Source: Porphyridium purpureum (lineage: Eukaryota). Taken from it: a stretch of 25,409 bases of DNA. Of this stretch, positions 9,450 to 19,334 are shown in pieces. Every line of letters begins with the position of its first letter. Positions within the stretch are counted from its first letter, which is position 1. The position numbers and the translations under genes were made by a program. The notes beneath the pieces were generated by a model. It did no database searches, was not told where the DNA came from, and was given only the letters and a program-made list of their open reading frames with translations. The DNA lies in the NCBI GenBank assembly GCA_008690995.1, contig VRMN01000011.1:558001-583409 (forward strand). Reading direction: 5' to 3'.

Positions 9450-10003
9450 TCTCCAAATCCCTCCGCGTTGTCAATATCCGCGTTGACCTCATGCGCATAG
9501 ACCTTTGTCTTGTTCACCCGGATCCGCGTGCCACCCCGTCAGCGCTTTGTCCCTTCCGTCCCCTCCGCCTTCTCCGCTCCCTCCATCCCCTTCGCTCCTG
9601 TCTTTCTTCAGCCGGAATCTACATAGTCCCTCCCGCCCTCTGGTCTGCAGATTAGTTTCCTCGCTTGGCTTAATTTGCGCGCGCTCAGGCAATAAATCAT
9701 CAAATGATGTTGTTTTATTATAATTTTGAATATGCATGAAAAGTCATCGAATTGTGATGAGGTATCCGGTTCATACTCAAATAGCTCTTTTTCATCCATA
9801 GCCATTCCTGACTTTGATGTGCATGGCTCACTTCGTTCGTGTGACGAAGTCGAGCATGGGCGTGGATCGTATGAAGGTGTCGAGGTTCGGGCTCTCTGTG
9901 CTTGTGTGTCAGAGGTGACGTTGCGCATGCGAATTGTCGGGCTACAACACACGGATAGGAACTGATACGCGGATATGCTGCCGTCTTACTCCTAAGCCCA
10001 GCA

Positions 10004-10960
10004 ATGTCGGATAGTGAAGAAGTCGATCGACTGCGAACGCAACTCGCTTTGGCGCTTAGTTCGAATATCATTGCTCAGAATACTACCGAATTGAAGGCAC
10101 GAGAATATGCGCTTTATTCGATGATCACCGAGTCCAAGCTCATGAGCGTTGAAAAGGAAATTCAAGGTCTGCGGCGTGATATCGACGAGATAATCCGAAT
10201 GCTCCGCGAACGCGAACGAGATCGTATCGCGGATCCGATTGCTGTGCGGGAACCGAGAAGTGGTGAAAACATACAGGGTGCAGGCTTCAATACGGACGTT
10301 ATCTGGATGCGTACGTCTATGATCAATGCACAGCGCAATTTATCCGAGTTTCTGTCGCGGATCAATTGCCGTTACATGGCGTGCCAGAATTCGCATGTGG
10401 TTCCCGAATTGGTCATGGTGGATTGGCCAGTGCAACATTCGGATGGATGGCCTGCCAAGATCGAACGCATTGATGATTTGCAGTATCCAATTCCTGAACA
10501 TGTTTTGTTAGAGCATCCGGCATTCGGTGTACGACAGAAGAGCAAGATTCAGCGTATAAGTCGAGTATACGTTCATTTCCAAGGTCAAGCGTTGACAAGC
10601 GATCTGTTGAAGTTCCATCCTCATCCGGATGCATCTACTGTCTGGTCCAATCTTTTATCGTATATTCTGGTTTGCTGGAATGTCACGGGGAGCCGTCGGT
10701 ATCCGTGGGAGAACTTTTCGTGGGTGACAAAGGAAAAGATCCGTGGGGTTTTCGAATGCTACGAATCGACATACGGCTCTGCCTGTCTTCGTTTCTGTCA
10801 TTTGTACGGGTTCGATGAGGTGGACACGGATCCTCCCATAGCGTGCTCTCGCGCATGTACACAAGGTTGCCTTCGTAGGCGTGGAAGAACCTTGCATGAT
10901 TTCGCGACTGACTGTAAACGCATGCACGATACGTTGATCCGTATGAAATGTAGCCTTTAA
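10004..10960 (+). CDS. Transposon-borne hypothetical protein (318 aa) with an N-terminal coiled coil and a Cys-rich C-terminus
   Basis: Open ATG..TAA frame with AATAAA overlapping the stop. Heptad-like segment SVEKEIQGLRRDIDEIIRMLRERER. C-terminal CLRFCH...CSRAC-TQGC. Confidence 0.7.
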   Translation: MSDSEEVDRLRTQLALALSSNIIAQNTTELKAREYALYSMITESKLMSVEKEIQGLRRDIDEIIRMLRERERDRIADPIAVREPRSGENIQGAGFNTDVIWMRTSMINAQRNLSEFLSRINCRYMACQNSHVVPELVMVDWPVQHSDGWPAKIERIDDLQYPIPEHVLLEHPAFGVRQKSKIQRISRVYVHFQGQALTSDLLKFHPHPDASTVWSNLLSYILVCWNVTGSRRYPWENFSWVTKEKIRGVFECYESTYGSACLRFCHLYGFDEVDTDPPIACSRACTQGCLRRRGRTLHDFATDCKRMHDTLIRMKCSL

Positions 10961-11024
10961 TAAAACATCTTGGACGAAATCTAGGTCTACTTCACATTAA
11001 AATGTATGCTCATATCGGATCATT

Positions 11025-12059
11025 TCACTCGATCGAATGCGAGTCGTTGTCCAGCATTGCCATATCTTCAGCCAAAGTATCCGCCTCTTTATACGATTCC
11101 GCTGCTGCATTCCATTCGTCCCTGCACTGGTCGTGGGCAAGCGTGAACGCTTCAAAGCTTCCGGATGAAGGTACAAGAACACAATCCTGGATTATCTTTT
11201 TCAATGCAATGTTCGACCTGCTGTAGCGCGTGCCCGGCGCGAGCTCTGCACGGATGACCTGGAGTATGCGGTGCTTGAATCCGATGAAACTCTTATTATG
11301 CTCCTCGGCCAATTCGAAATACTTGCTGGCAAGCTCCGTTCGGAGCTTGCGATTCATCTGACCGATCCTCATCGAGGTCTCTTCCCCCGTATGCCGCATT
11401 CTTGACCATGTCGTTGTTCTACGCGAAATGAGTCCATCCGGTTCGAAGAGAATTCGAAGCTTGATCAGTTCATCCGATATCGTGCGCACTTGTCCGTAGT
11501 CAGCGTATTCGGACATAGCGTCAATATCAGGATCTCTCATACGTTGCTGAAAACCATTGTTGCTCAGATCCTTGGGCTCGACGAGGATCTGCCACGAATG
11601 CAAGAAATGTGGCGTCGGATTCAACCACATCAATACTTCTGGCACATTTGCAAATATCGCAGCCGTACAAGAATCCGTATGCATCGTCCTAGTGATTGAA
11701 TCAATGTATCCGGGTGAGAGCCATACGCGCGGTGGCATTTCCCATGGTCTTGCCGACGTTCGACGGCGACGCGAACCCACCTTGTATTCGTCTTCGTCAT
11801 CTTCCACCGGATTCTCAGCACGACGAAATAGATCCCATGTAAATTCGACAATCGCTGGAACTGCACGAACGAAGTATTCGATGATATCATTCATTGCCGG
11901 ATCATGCTTTTCGTAGTCCTTGAATACATATCGGCTCTGAAACTGGTCCACGATCTGCCGCGTGATACGAATTTGAGCTGCAAAGTAATGCCATGCGATG
12001 TGATAGCGTGCGACCCACAGTCGTGCATGAAGTTCGCTGAATCGATTATACTGGTCCAT
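11025..12059 (-). CDS. Transposon-borne hypothetical protein (344 aa)
   Basis: Uninterrupted ORF with globular/helical composition. It converges on 10004-10960 across a 64-bp AT-rich gap. No recognised family. Confidence 0.7.
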   Translation of the reverse strand: MDQYNRFSELHARLWVARYHIAWHYFAAQIRITRQIVDQFQSRYVFKDYEKHDPAMNDIIEYFVRAVPAIVEFTWDLFRRAENPVEDDEDEYKVGSRRRRTSARPWEMPPRVWLSPGYIDSITRTMHTDSCTAAIFANVPEVLMWLNPTPHFLHSWQILVEPKDLSNNGFQQRMRDPDIDAMSEYADYGQVRTISDELIKLRILFEPDGLISRRTTTWSRMRHTGEETSMRIGQMNRKLRTELASKYFELAEEHNKSFIGFKHRILQVIRAELAPGTRYSRSNIALKKIIQDCVLVPSSGSFEAFTLAHDQCRDEWNAAAESYKEADTLAEDMAMLDNDSHSIE

Positions 12060-12083
12060 TCGAAAGCTCCTTCCGTGTTTATC

Positions 12084-14705
12084 CTAATCAGCGTGATGGC
12101 GCGTTACATCGAATACAGGCCATTGCCTCCTCCATTCAATCACACTTTCTACTCGCACCTGGAACGACGGCCAGTAGGCACAGATCTCATGGAATGCAGT
12201 AATCGTATGCACGCTCGATAGGTACGAACCACTCGGATAACCATTCATTGTATCCATTTCTGGCGAGAAGCTCGTGGAGGTATCCGAATATTTTCTGAGC
12301 ACCTGGTCATACGCGAAAACATCAATTTCCTTTGTTTCAGCGAGCAACATTCGCCGCGTCACTTGATTCCGACCGAATCCAACCCTGGCATCCATCGACC
12401 GTTTGTAATACGCATGTTCATATGCTGCTTCGATGCATCGTTGTTCTTGATCACCCCCCATCGTTTTCTTCCGGCACAACAAGAATCGATGTGCGTATCG
12501 GATGCCACGCAGCACATCCTGAAGAGGATGAACCGGAAGGCGCTCCACAGTGCCAATCGGATTCGTATACACATCTTCGTAAGAGAAATCATCGCATGAA
12601 CATCCGTATCGAGAATCACATTTGTTTCCCATCGAAGCCGTATGCGTGTATCGACATGGTCTGTATGCCATACAGGCAAGCGCGCCTTGGACTGCGCAAG
12701 TCACCGCATACCATTCGTTGGCTAGAGATTCAAAGTGACCTAAGGCATCAAATCCACGTCGCATCTCCGCTGGTTGCATTAATTCCGTATTATCCATCGG
12801 ATGTGCAAATCGGAGCCTTGCGTACGCATTATTCATATTCAAGGCATTGATACGGATTAGATCCCAGAGCATTGCTGTATCTCTCAGCATCCATGAAAAC
12901 ATGCCGCTATCCGCTATCGTGAAGCCGGTTGGGTCTGATGGATGATTCATCACCCGAATAATATAATCCTCGGATGCAAACTTTCGTCCTCGGTAACCCG
13001 TCGTCTTCTTCGTCGCCAGGTGGGGTACCTCCTGAATGAGGTACGCACCGATATCCGCGTGCAGGAATTGACAGTCATCCGAAGTAAACGCGAATTCATC
13101 CGTAAAGTATTCGTCTACTGTGTAGTTGCTGAACAGCAGCGCATTCGGAAGCTCTGCACCGTTATAGTCTTCGCGTGGAGAGTCTTCGCACGGAGTGACT
13201 TCGAAAAATTCGAGCCCGGTCAGACCGTCGGTGAAGTTCTGATGCGGATCTTTGTTCTCGAACGACCATGCCGTAAGCATTCGCATGTAGAAGTCGACGT
13301 TCAGAATCACATCCAAAAGATGCAGACCCACCTTGTCATTTTCCTTGGCCTCTATGTGAATGGCCTTATACGTATTCTCACTTGCATCCTTGTACATCGC
13401 ACTGAATCGATCTATGATGTCGTAATGCGAAAAGCCTCGTCTGATGGACTTAGGTTGCTGCATCGGATGACTGCTTCGACCGAGAGTGCACGTATCTGTC
13501 CGTGCACGCTTCGGATCCTGACGTGAAGCAAATATCCCAGGCACATTTCGGATATCACTTCGAATTTCTCCTCGGATATAGCTAGGTCCCGGATCGTCTT
13601 CGCGGCTGTATGAAGCCGTGTCATACTTGACATTCCCATATCCGCGGGGAATCTGTCCCGGGCGCGGGAGCGAACTGCTTCCTCGCCTTTCGAATGGCGC
13701 ACGGTACGTTCCGGATCCAGAACCACTTGGCATATCGATTCTACCATACCCAGGCGGGCCTCGTAGCGTTTTCTGGGTATTCGGATTCAGCGCAGCGGCC
13801 CCAAGTCGCAGCGAACTCGCCGAATTACTACGGATGAGTCCACCACGAATGCGACGGCTGCGCTCATCAGCATCCGATGCTTCACTACTTTCGATCGAAT
13901 CTGACATTCGTCGTTTCCCTTTGTCAACAGTCGAGACCCTTTTCGATCGCCGAGTATTCGGATTTACGTCAGACTCAGCATGCTGTCCTGAAGGTGCGTT
14001 CGAATCACGCAAATTCGTTTCAGGCGTTCTCTTGACACGCATATCCGTATCCATTTTCGCAGCGTCCAACGAATCTCCGGATGCATATTTCTCTGCACCA
14101 GCACCTGCTGCAGGTAGTCCGGTATCCGCTGGAACGTGTCCGCGCAATGCTCTTGCCGACACACTCTGCGAATCCGACGACACAGAAACCGCGCGAATCG
14201 GAGATCGACGGCCAACACTGGACATGGGTGTGGTCGACTTCTTCGCAGTATCCGAAGCCTTTCCCACGATATCGGACGGTTTCGCACCGACGTCCTTCAC
14301 TGGATCCTCCTTCGGATTTGCACCGACGTCCTTCACTAGATCCTCCTTCGGATTCGTCTCCGCGTCCGCGCATTTCGCACCAATCGGATCACCTACTGCA
14401 ACCGTCTCAGCTGAAGCCGTAGCTGGCGCGGACTCCGACGGCATTTTTTCCACATCCCTCTCAACTTCATCATTCGGATGACCTCTGACGGCTGCCTTCA
14501 GTTTCGACGATGCTCCACGCACTGCCGAACCCTGACCCGCACCGGACGCACGCCCAGGCTCCACCTTTTTCGTCGCCGCCGGATTCGTCGCTTTACCCCC
14601 CTTGCCCTGCGCACTTCCGGATACCACTTTCCTTCCTTTCGACGGATTCGGATCCGCCACTTTCTTCCCGGTGTTCTCCATCTCGTCCCGCTCACCACCA
14701 CTCAC
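12084..14705 (-). CDS. Transposon-borne hypothetical protein (873 aa) with a low-complexity N-half and a globular C-half containing a Cys/His cluster
   Basis: Uninterrupted 2.6-kb ORF. The first about 420 aa are S/G/A/K/R/D-rich. The C-half is aromatic-rich and includes CMAYRPCRYTHTASMGNKCDSRYGCSC. Confidence 0.75.
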   Translation of the reverse strand: MSGGERDEMENTGKKVADPNPSKGRKVVSGSAQGKGGKATNPAATKKVEPGRASGAGQGSAVRGASSKLKAAVRGHPNDEVERDVEKMPSESAPATASAETVAVGDPIGAKCADAETNPKEDLVKDVGANPKEDPVKDVGAKPSDIVGKASDTAKKSTTPMSSVGRRSPIRAVSVSSDSQSVSARALRGHVPADTGLPAAGAGAEKYASGDSLDAAKMDTDMRVKRTPETNLRDSNAPSGQHAESDVNPNTRRSKRVSTVDKGKRRMSDSIESSEASDADERSRRIRGGLIRSNSASSLRLGAAALNPNTQKTLRGPPGYGRIDMPSGSGSGTYRAPFERRGSSSLPRPGQIPRGYGNVKYDTASYSREDDPGPSYIRGEIRSDIRNVPGIFASRQDPKRARTDTCTLGRSSHPMQQPKSIRRGFSHYDIIDRFSAMYKDASENTYKAIHIEAKENDKVGLHLLDVILNVDFYMRMLTAWSFENKDPHQNFTDGLTGLEFFEVTPCEDSPREDYNGAELPNALLFSNYTVDEYFTDEFAFTSDDCQFLHADIGAYLIQEVPHLATKKTTGYRGRKFASEDYIIRVMNHPSDPTGFTIADSGMFSWMLRDTAMLWDLIRINALNMNNAYARLRFAHPMDNTELMQPAEMRRGFDALGHFESLANEWYAVTCAVQGALACMAYRPCRYTHTASMGNKCDSRYGCSCDDFSYEDVYTNPIGTVERLPVHPLQDVLRGIRYAHRFLLCRKKTMGGDQEQRCIEAAYEHAYYKRSMDARVGFGRNQVTRRMLLAETKEIDVFAYDQVLRKYSDTSTSFSPEMDTMNGYPSGSYLSSVHTITAFHEICAYWPSFQVRVESVIEWRRQWPVFDVTRHHAD
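14281..14352. repeat. 36-bp in-frame tandem duplication
   Basis: ttcgcaccgacgtccttcactggatcctccttcgga / tttgcaccgacgtccttcactagatcctccttcgga, encoding NPKEDLVKDVGA-NPKEDPVKDVGA. Confidence 0.9.
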
Positions 14706-15112
14706 GCACCCGCACTGTCCACCGCGCTACCGCCCTCTCCGCCTTGTCCGCCTTCCCAGCGCTTCCCACCTTCGCACAACCCACCTTCTCCGGATCACAC
14801 CAACTTCCCCACACGATCTGCTCTTCGCCCCACGGCCACTGCGGCCTGCGCGTTTGACTTGTATCGAATTTGATGGACCCAAATGAAAAAAATGGCAGAA
14901 TTGAATGGCATGTGGGGTTTTGTCGGGAAAATTACGCATTCACAGAGAGAAAGCTTTATATTAACTACCTCTTTGGCTTGCCGTGGTACAAACGCTACGC
15001 CTGCGTCCAGGAAAGACGCGTGCGTCGGATTGACGGAAGGCTTTGGAGGCGGAACGGATACAGCGTGACGTGCGCGAAAACATACGGATAGGAAGACTTC
15101 CCCAAACCGCGA

Positions 15113-18100
15113 ATGGACAGACAGCAAGGCCTCGAGAGCAACGCTTGGCATCGACGTAGAAACAAACGTATCCGATGCGATGGGACCCGATGCGACTTCA
15201 CCGTACCAGAGGATGAGGGATTGACTTACTCCACGCGACTTCACATGATGCAGTCACACAAGCGCAAGTGTAAACTTCGCATGCATCCGAATCGACTCCC
15301 GTATACGCAGGCCTACTTATTTGATGCGGACGACGGTAGTTTGCAGAGGGAGGACAGTCCGGATGATACGGGAAGCGCAAATACAGAAACGCGGACTGGA
15401 CGAGGCAGTGAGCTTCCTGATATCCGGATGGATGACGAGGACCCGGAAATGCAATTTCATTCGGATCGTGACATTGACAGCGGTTGCGAGAGCTTGCATG
15501 CAAACCTGACACAGGATGCGGAAATGTATCTAAGACCGATGGAGCCGGTGCGTGGCGGAGAAGAAGGAGAAGAGCAAGTCGAATATATCTTAGGTCCGTA
15601 TGCCAAGCACTTTAATGCGTTATTAAACCAAAAGACTTTACGAGAGCGCTTGCAAGATCGTGACGACGAGATGTCAAAATTCGTACGGAGTCTGACAGGC
15701 GCGGGTGAAATGGAAGATGTTGATCTGGATGAAGCAATCGAGATGATACGATTTAAAAACGACCAGGAAGTATTCATCCAGAAGCATGGGATATCCGTAC
15801 GTCATGCCACGGACTTAAAGTCGATTGAAGCCAAACTCTTACGAATTGCTATCCGTATGACTCTGCGCCAAGTAAGCCAGCTGACAAAACACTCATTTAC
15901 CATGTTGAAAAGGTATCCGTTAAACCACGAGGCGTCTCGAATCGACGCTGTATACGCTGCATTACAAAGCAAATTGAACATAGCTTCCTCTCACGTGCTG
16001 AAACGAGCAACAAAACTTCTTTTCACATTCAGATCTTCGAAGCGGATGTCTTCGCTTCTTGGCAATCCGAGTATTAAACCTGTTGAGACGTACGTCGAGT
16101 ATGGTCGCGGAATCCGACTGAGACGAAACACCCTACGCCGGAACGTGAAGCAAACGATCCGATTTCGTGAACCGATGGACATCGTCATGCGTTCAGCTGC
16201 AGCTATTATTGATGAATACGGATTGGAGCCATTCGTTATCGACTTATTCAAAACCCGGGATCGCGAAATAGTGATGCATCCGCAGGATGGAAACCTCTGC
16301 ATCAGCGCAGCCCGTCGGATAGAATTTGAAGTGAATCGAAAACATGGACCGGATCCACCTCAGGTTGTAATTCTTCCAATACAGATATTTGCGGATGAGT
16401 CCCATATGACCCAGAATGGACGACACACAGTGACGCCACTGAAGATACGAATAGTACATCGAAGGCTGTTTGATACACACTCTTCCCGTATTCCTCAAGT
16501 CGTCGCATACTTACCACCTGTGGATACCCGAAGTATTGCACGAGCATTTGGTGAGGAAACAAGTATCCGCATTGATCCGAAGCTAGCCAAAAGAGAGCTC
16601 GAATCGTCCATGTACCATGCAATTATGAATAAGGCATTCCACCATCTCATGATCGCGAATAAATTCGGAGTGCCAGTCCTGTGGAATCATCGCCGCTTGC
16701 TTCTTTTTCCTATTGCATACAAGTTGTCAATGGACATGCCGATGATCTCAAAATGCTCATTTACGAAAGCTTCTTTTGTATCCGGATCCCGTGCTCGAAC
16801 CATGCCATGCCATCAATGCATGGTGATAGCGCCAGAGGCCACAACTCGAGCAGTCGAAGCAGGACCAAATTCGGATGCATCCAAGGCAGAAGAGTTCTGG
16901 ATTACGCGTATTCCTCTGCAATATCGCTGTGAGAAGCAGGTTGAACCTTTCATCACGCAGAATTTATCTGCATGGGGCACGCTACAGAGAAAAGAACAAT
17001 CTCTCCACTTTCTCGGTGACTCAGCGGCTATCGGATGGAATCGATTTGATGATGACGATGACGTTGCATTCAATGCAACGATATCCGCATTCAAACACAA
17101 AATACATCTGCGCAACCGCGGGAGATTTCAACTGACAGGCATAGATGGCTTGCACGGATTCCTTGCATTTTGGCTTCGAGGTATCACAATCGCTGGTCTC
17201 AAAGCATTGCTGAGCAAACCGAATACTGTACACGAGGTAGGCCTCGTCGCTGAGAGACTCACGGAAGCGCAGCAGCGAGCTACGCGACACTTGAACGAAG
17301 TAGAACATTCGGATTTTCCACGCATGTGGGCTTCACTCGATTTCGATGAACAAAGACATGGAAGTGCATCCGAAGATACCAGTGGCGATGATTCAGAGTC
17401 GCATGACGAATACTCTTCGGATGATGACATTGTCCGCGCGAATGAAAGAAATTCGTCACAAACGAATACACGTCAAAGACCAAAGGCCAAAGCAAAGACG
17501 AACGACTCTCACATCAATCCGAGGAGGGCAGAGTCCAACAGAAAGGGCAGCGTATCTGACCAACTTCGAGGTATCATCGACTCAGCAGCAGGTAAAGCTT
17601 GGAACCAAATTGCGACGGAGATAACGGATGAGGCGAGGTTCCGGCGACCAGCGACATACTCTCCGATACGATTATCTTCGTTTTTATCCGACTTACCCAA
17701 ATTCGCAGAACAATCATATTCGCTGGGCTTTCTACTTCAAATGATTGTTCTTGTACACCAGGAGCATTTACTCTCGGATCGTACACGTGAAAGCTTTACC
17801 GAACTTGCAACCAGATGTATCCGACTGTATGGCGTACTATACAAAGAAAAGCTGCGTCGACCATGGCTTGAACTCATCCCAAGGCTCACATCCGACTTGC
17901 AATCCCGACTCGATTCATACAAGCGGCAGATCAATCTACGTTGGAATGCTCCGAAAATACATGCACTGTCTCACTTCGGGGACAACTTGACGGATCTGGG
18001 ACCGATAAAGTTTTGGGATACTACGGATGGAGAGAAATCGTTTCAAATCGACAAGGCGTGGTTCAAATCACTGGTCAGCGCAGATACGAATATCCCACAT

Positions 18101-18979
18101 AATGTCATGCTGCAGCGCGCAGAGGTGTTCGAAATCGGATCTTCTTCTTCGTACTGGTTTGATAAGCTTGCAAGGAACAAGGATTCGAATGCAATTGCAT
18201 ACACACACGAACAAGTATCCGATGAAGCATACACACATACACGAGAATCGGATGCCGCTCGAGCGTGGTACCGGCACCGCTCGTCTTCTGTGAACTGTTC
18301 ATCGATCCTTTTCGGAATCTGGCAGAACGCGTGCACTACTCTGAGGTACAGCAGCGAATCCGGATTCGAGGCTGCCCCTTCATGGCGACCAACATCGTGG
18401 AACCCTTCTATATCATTCGAATCCGCTGATGACGAAGAAACGAACATGCTCTGGTTGCACACGGATACGGCTTTGAAGACGTATGCATCCGAGAAACTCC
18501 AAACGGCTGTGAATGATGGTACTGCAACCTTCCAAGCTTTCAGACAAGTTCAACTGAAAAAGCCTCGCGACGAAGCCGAATGCATTGTTGCACATCCGAA
18601 TCACTATCGTTCTCCGAGATGGGACATTCTCGAATACGCACTACAAACTGGTCACCCTGAACGCCACGGATATGGAAAATGCATCCTAATTGTCCGGATC
18701 AAATTACAGGGACCTTACGACGAATCCTTTGACGTGGTGGTGATACAAGATTTAGAGGCGCACGATGGAGAAATCGAAAAGTCAGAGTGCAAATGCAAAT
18801 GCAAGCGCCTAGATCCGGTGTTTCATCATTACCGACTCAGTAATAATTCGGTAAAAGTATTGGACACAGAAACGATAACCGGGCGAGTGACAGCATTCAA
18901 GGATATCCGCATGAAGGACAGCCGATGGTACTACCTTTTAAACCCAAGCACATTCGAAGGCGTACTAGAATACAATTAA
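15113..18979 (+). CDS. Plavaka-type (CACTA/EnSpm-related) transposase, 1288 aa, apparently intact
   Basis: N-terminal C2H2 finger (CDGTRC...HMMQSH). Motif series typical of Plavaka/CMC transposases: ILPIQIFADESH (D1), FPIAYKLSMDMP (D2) followed by PCHQC, IDGLHG, and WNAPKIHALSHF...GPIKFWDTTDGEKS (E). C-terminal AHPNHYRSPRWD. Assigned from motif recall, not from a database search. Confidence 0.82.
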   Translation: MDRQQGLESNAWHRRRNKRIRCDGTRCDFTVPEDEGLTYSTRLHMMQSHKRKCKLRMHPNRLPYTQAYLFDADDGSLQREDSPDDTGSANTETRTGRGSELPDIRMDDEDPEMQFHSDRDIDSGCESLHANLTQDAEMYLRPMEPVRGGEEGEEQVEYILGPYAKHFNALLNQKTLRERLQDRDDEMSKFVRSLTGAGEMEDVDLDEAIEMIRFKNDQEVFIQKHGISVRHATDLKSIEAKLLRIAIRMTLRQVSQLTKHSFTMLKRYPLNHEASRIDAVYAALQSKLNIASSHVLKRATKLLFTFRSSKRMSSLLGNPSIKPVETYVEYGRGIRLRRNTLRRNVKQTIRFREPMDIVMRSAAAIIDEYGLEPFVIDLFKTRDREIVMHPQDGNLCISAARRIEFEVNRKHGPDPPQVVILPIQIFADESHMTQNGRHTVTPLKIRIVHRRLFDTHSSRIPQVVAYLPPVDTRSIARAFGEETSIRIDPKLAKRELESSMYHAIMNKAFHHLMIANKFGVPVLWNHRRLLLFPIAYKLSMDMPMISKCSFTKASFVSGSRARTMPCHQCMVIAPEATTRAVEAGPNSDASKAEEFWITRIPLQYRCEKQVEPFITQNLSAWGTLQRKEQSLHFLGDSAAIGWNRFDDDDDVAFNATISAFKHKIHLRNRGRFQLTGIDGLHGFLAFWLRGITIAGLKALLSKPNTVHEVGLVAERLTEAQQRATRHLNEVEHSDFPRMWASLDFDEQRHGSASEDTSGDDSESHDEYSSDDDIVRANERNSSQTNTRQRPKAKAKTNDSHINPRRAESNRKGSVSDQLRGIIDSAAGKAWNQIATEITDEARFRRPATYSPIRLSSFLSDLPKFAEQSYSLGFLLQMIVLVHQEHLLSDRTRESFTELATRCIRLYGVLYKEKLRRPWLELIPRLTSDLQSRLDSYKRQINLRWNAPKIHALSHFGDNLTDLGPIKFWDTTDGEKSFQIDKAWFKSLVSADTNIPHNVMLQRAEVFEIGSSSSYWFDKLARNKDSNAIAYTHEQVSDEAYTHTRESDAARAWYRHRSSSVNCSSILFGIWQNACTTLRYSSESGFEAAPSWRPTSWNPSISFESADDEETNMLWLHTDTALKTYASEKLQTAVNDGTATFQAFRQVQLKKPRDEAECIVAHPNHYRSPRWDILEYALQTGHPERHGYGKCILIVRIKLQGPYDESFDVVVIQDLEAHDGEIEKSECKCKCKRLDPVFHHYRLSNNSVKVLDTETITGRVTAFKDIRMKDSRWYYLLNPSTFEGVLEYN

Positions 18980-19071
18980 AAGACAAAGTCCGATGAAGTC
19001 TCATCTTCTCATGATTGAAATTATTCGCTACCACCCATCTCGCAAACTTTAAAGTTGCAGACAGTATCGAG

Positions 19072-19313
19072 CAGTTTTTCGGGCAGTTTTTCGGGCACTT
19101 GATTTTGCAGCCTTTCTTTATTGCCTAGTAAATCGCTGTACGCACGGAAAGTCTACTGTACCTACAGTTTTTCGATCAGTTTTTCGATCAGTTTTTCGAC
19201 ACTTCAGTATGACAGTTTTTCGAACGCTGCGAGAGAGGTACAGCAAATAGCTGTACTTTACATGCTTACATCAATTTCAGTTTTTCGTTTAGTTTTTCGG
19301 TCAGTTTTTCGCT
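19072..19313. repeat. Right subterminal 12-bp repeat array (9 copies of CAGTTTTTCGNN)
   Basis: Copies at 19072, 19084, 19165, 19177, 19189, 19213, 19278, 19290 and 19302. All have the same orientation, inverted relative to the outermost left copies. Confidence 0.95.
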
Positions 19314-19334
19314 CCATTTGTGTCACGGACTGTC

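Larger units (their letters stand above)
6480..19332 (+). mobile_element. 12,853-bp Plavaka/CACTA(CMC)-related DNA transposon carrying four additional ORFs
   Basis: TIR CAGTCCGTG (6480-6488) / CACGGACTG (19324-19332). 2-bp duplication TC (6478-6479 and 19333-19334). Subterminal 12-bp repeat arrays at both ends. Transposase at 15113-18979. Excision restores the gag frame. Confidence 0.92.

Noticed and set aside
13618..14481. 287-aa plus-strand ORF
   Set aside because: It is the antisense mirror of the low-complexity half of the 873-aa ORF.
11025..14705. HxD tripeptides (MHTDS, LHADI) hinting at a TET/JBP 2OG-Fe dioxygenase, a known neighbour of fungal Plavaka/KDZ elements
   Set aside because: I cannot see the downstream His/Arg or the beta-strand pattern. 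The evidence is insufficient without a profile search.
6480..19332. Insert read as an endogenous virus or Polinton/Maverick
   Set aside because: No recognisable pPolB, packaging ATPase, capsid or retroviral-type integrase. The short TIR, 2-bp TSD and Plavaka-type transposase fit a cut-and-paste element.
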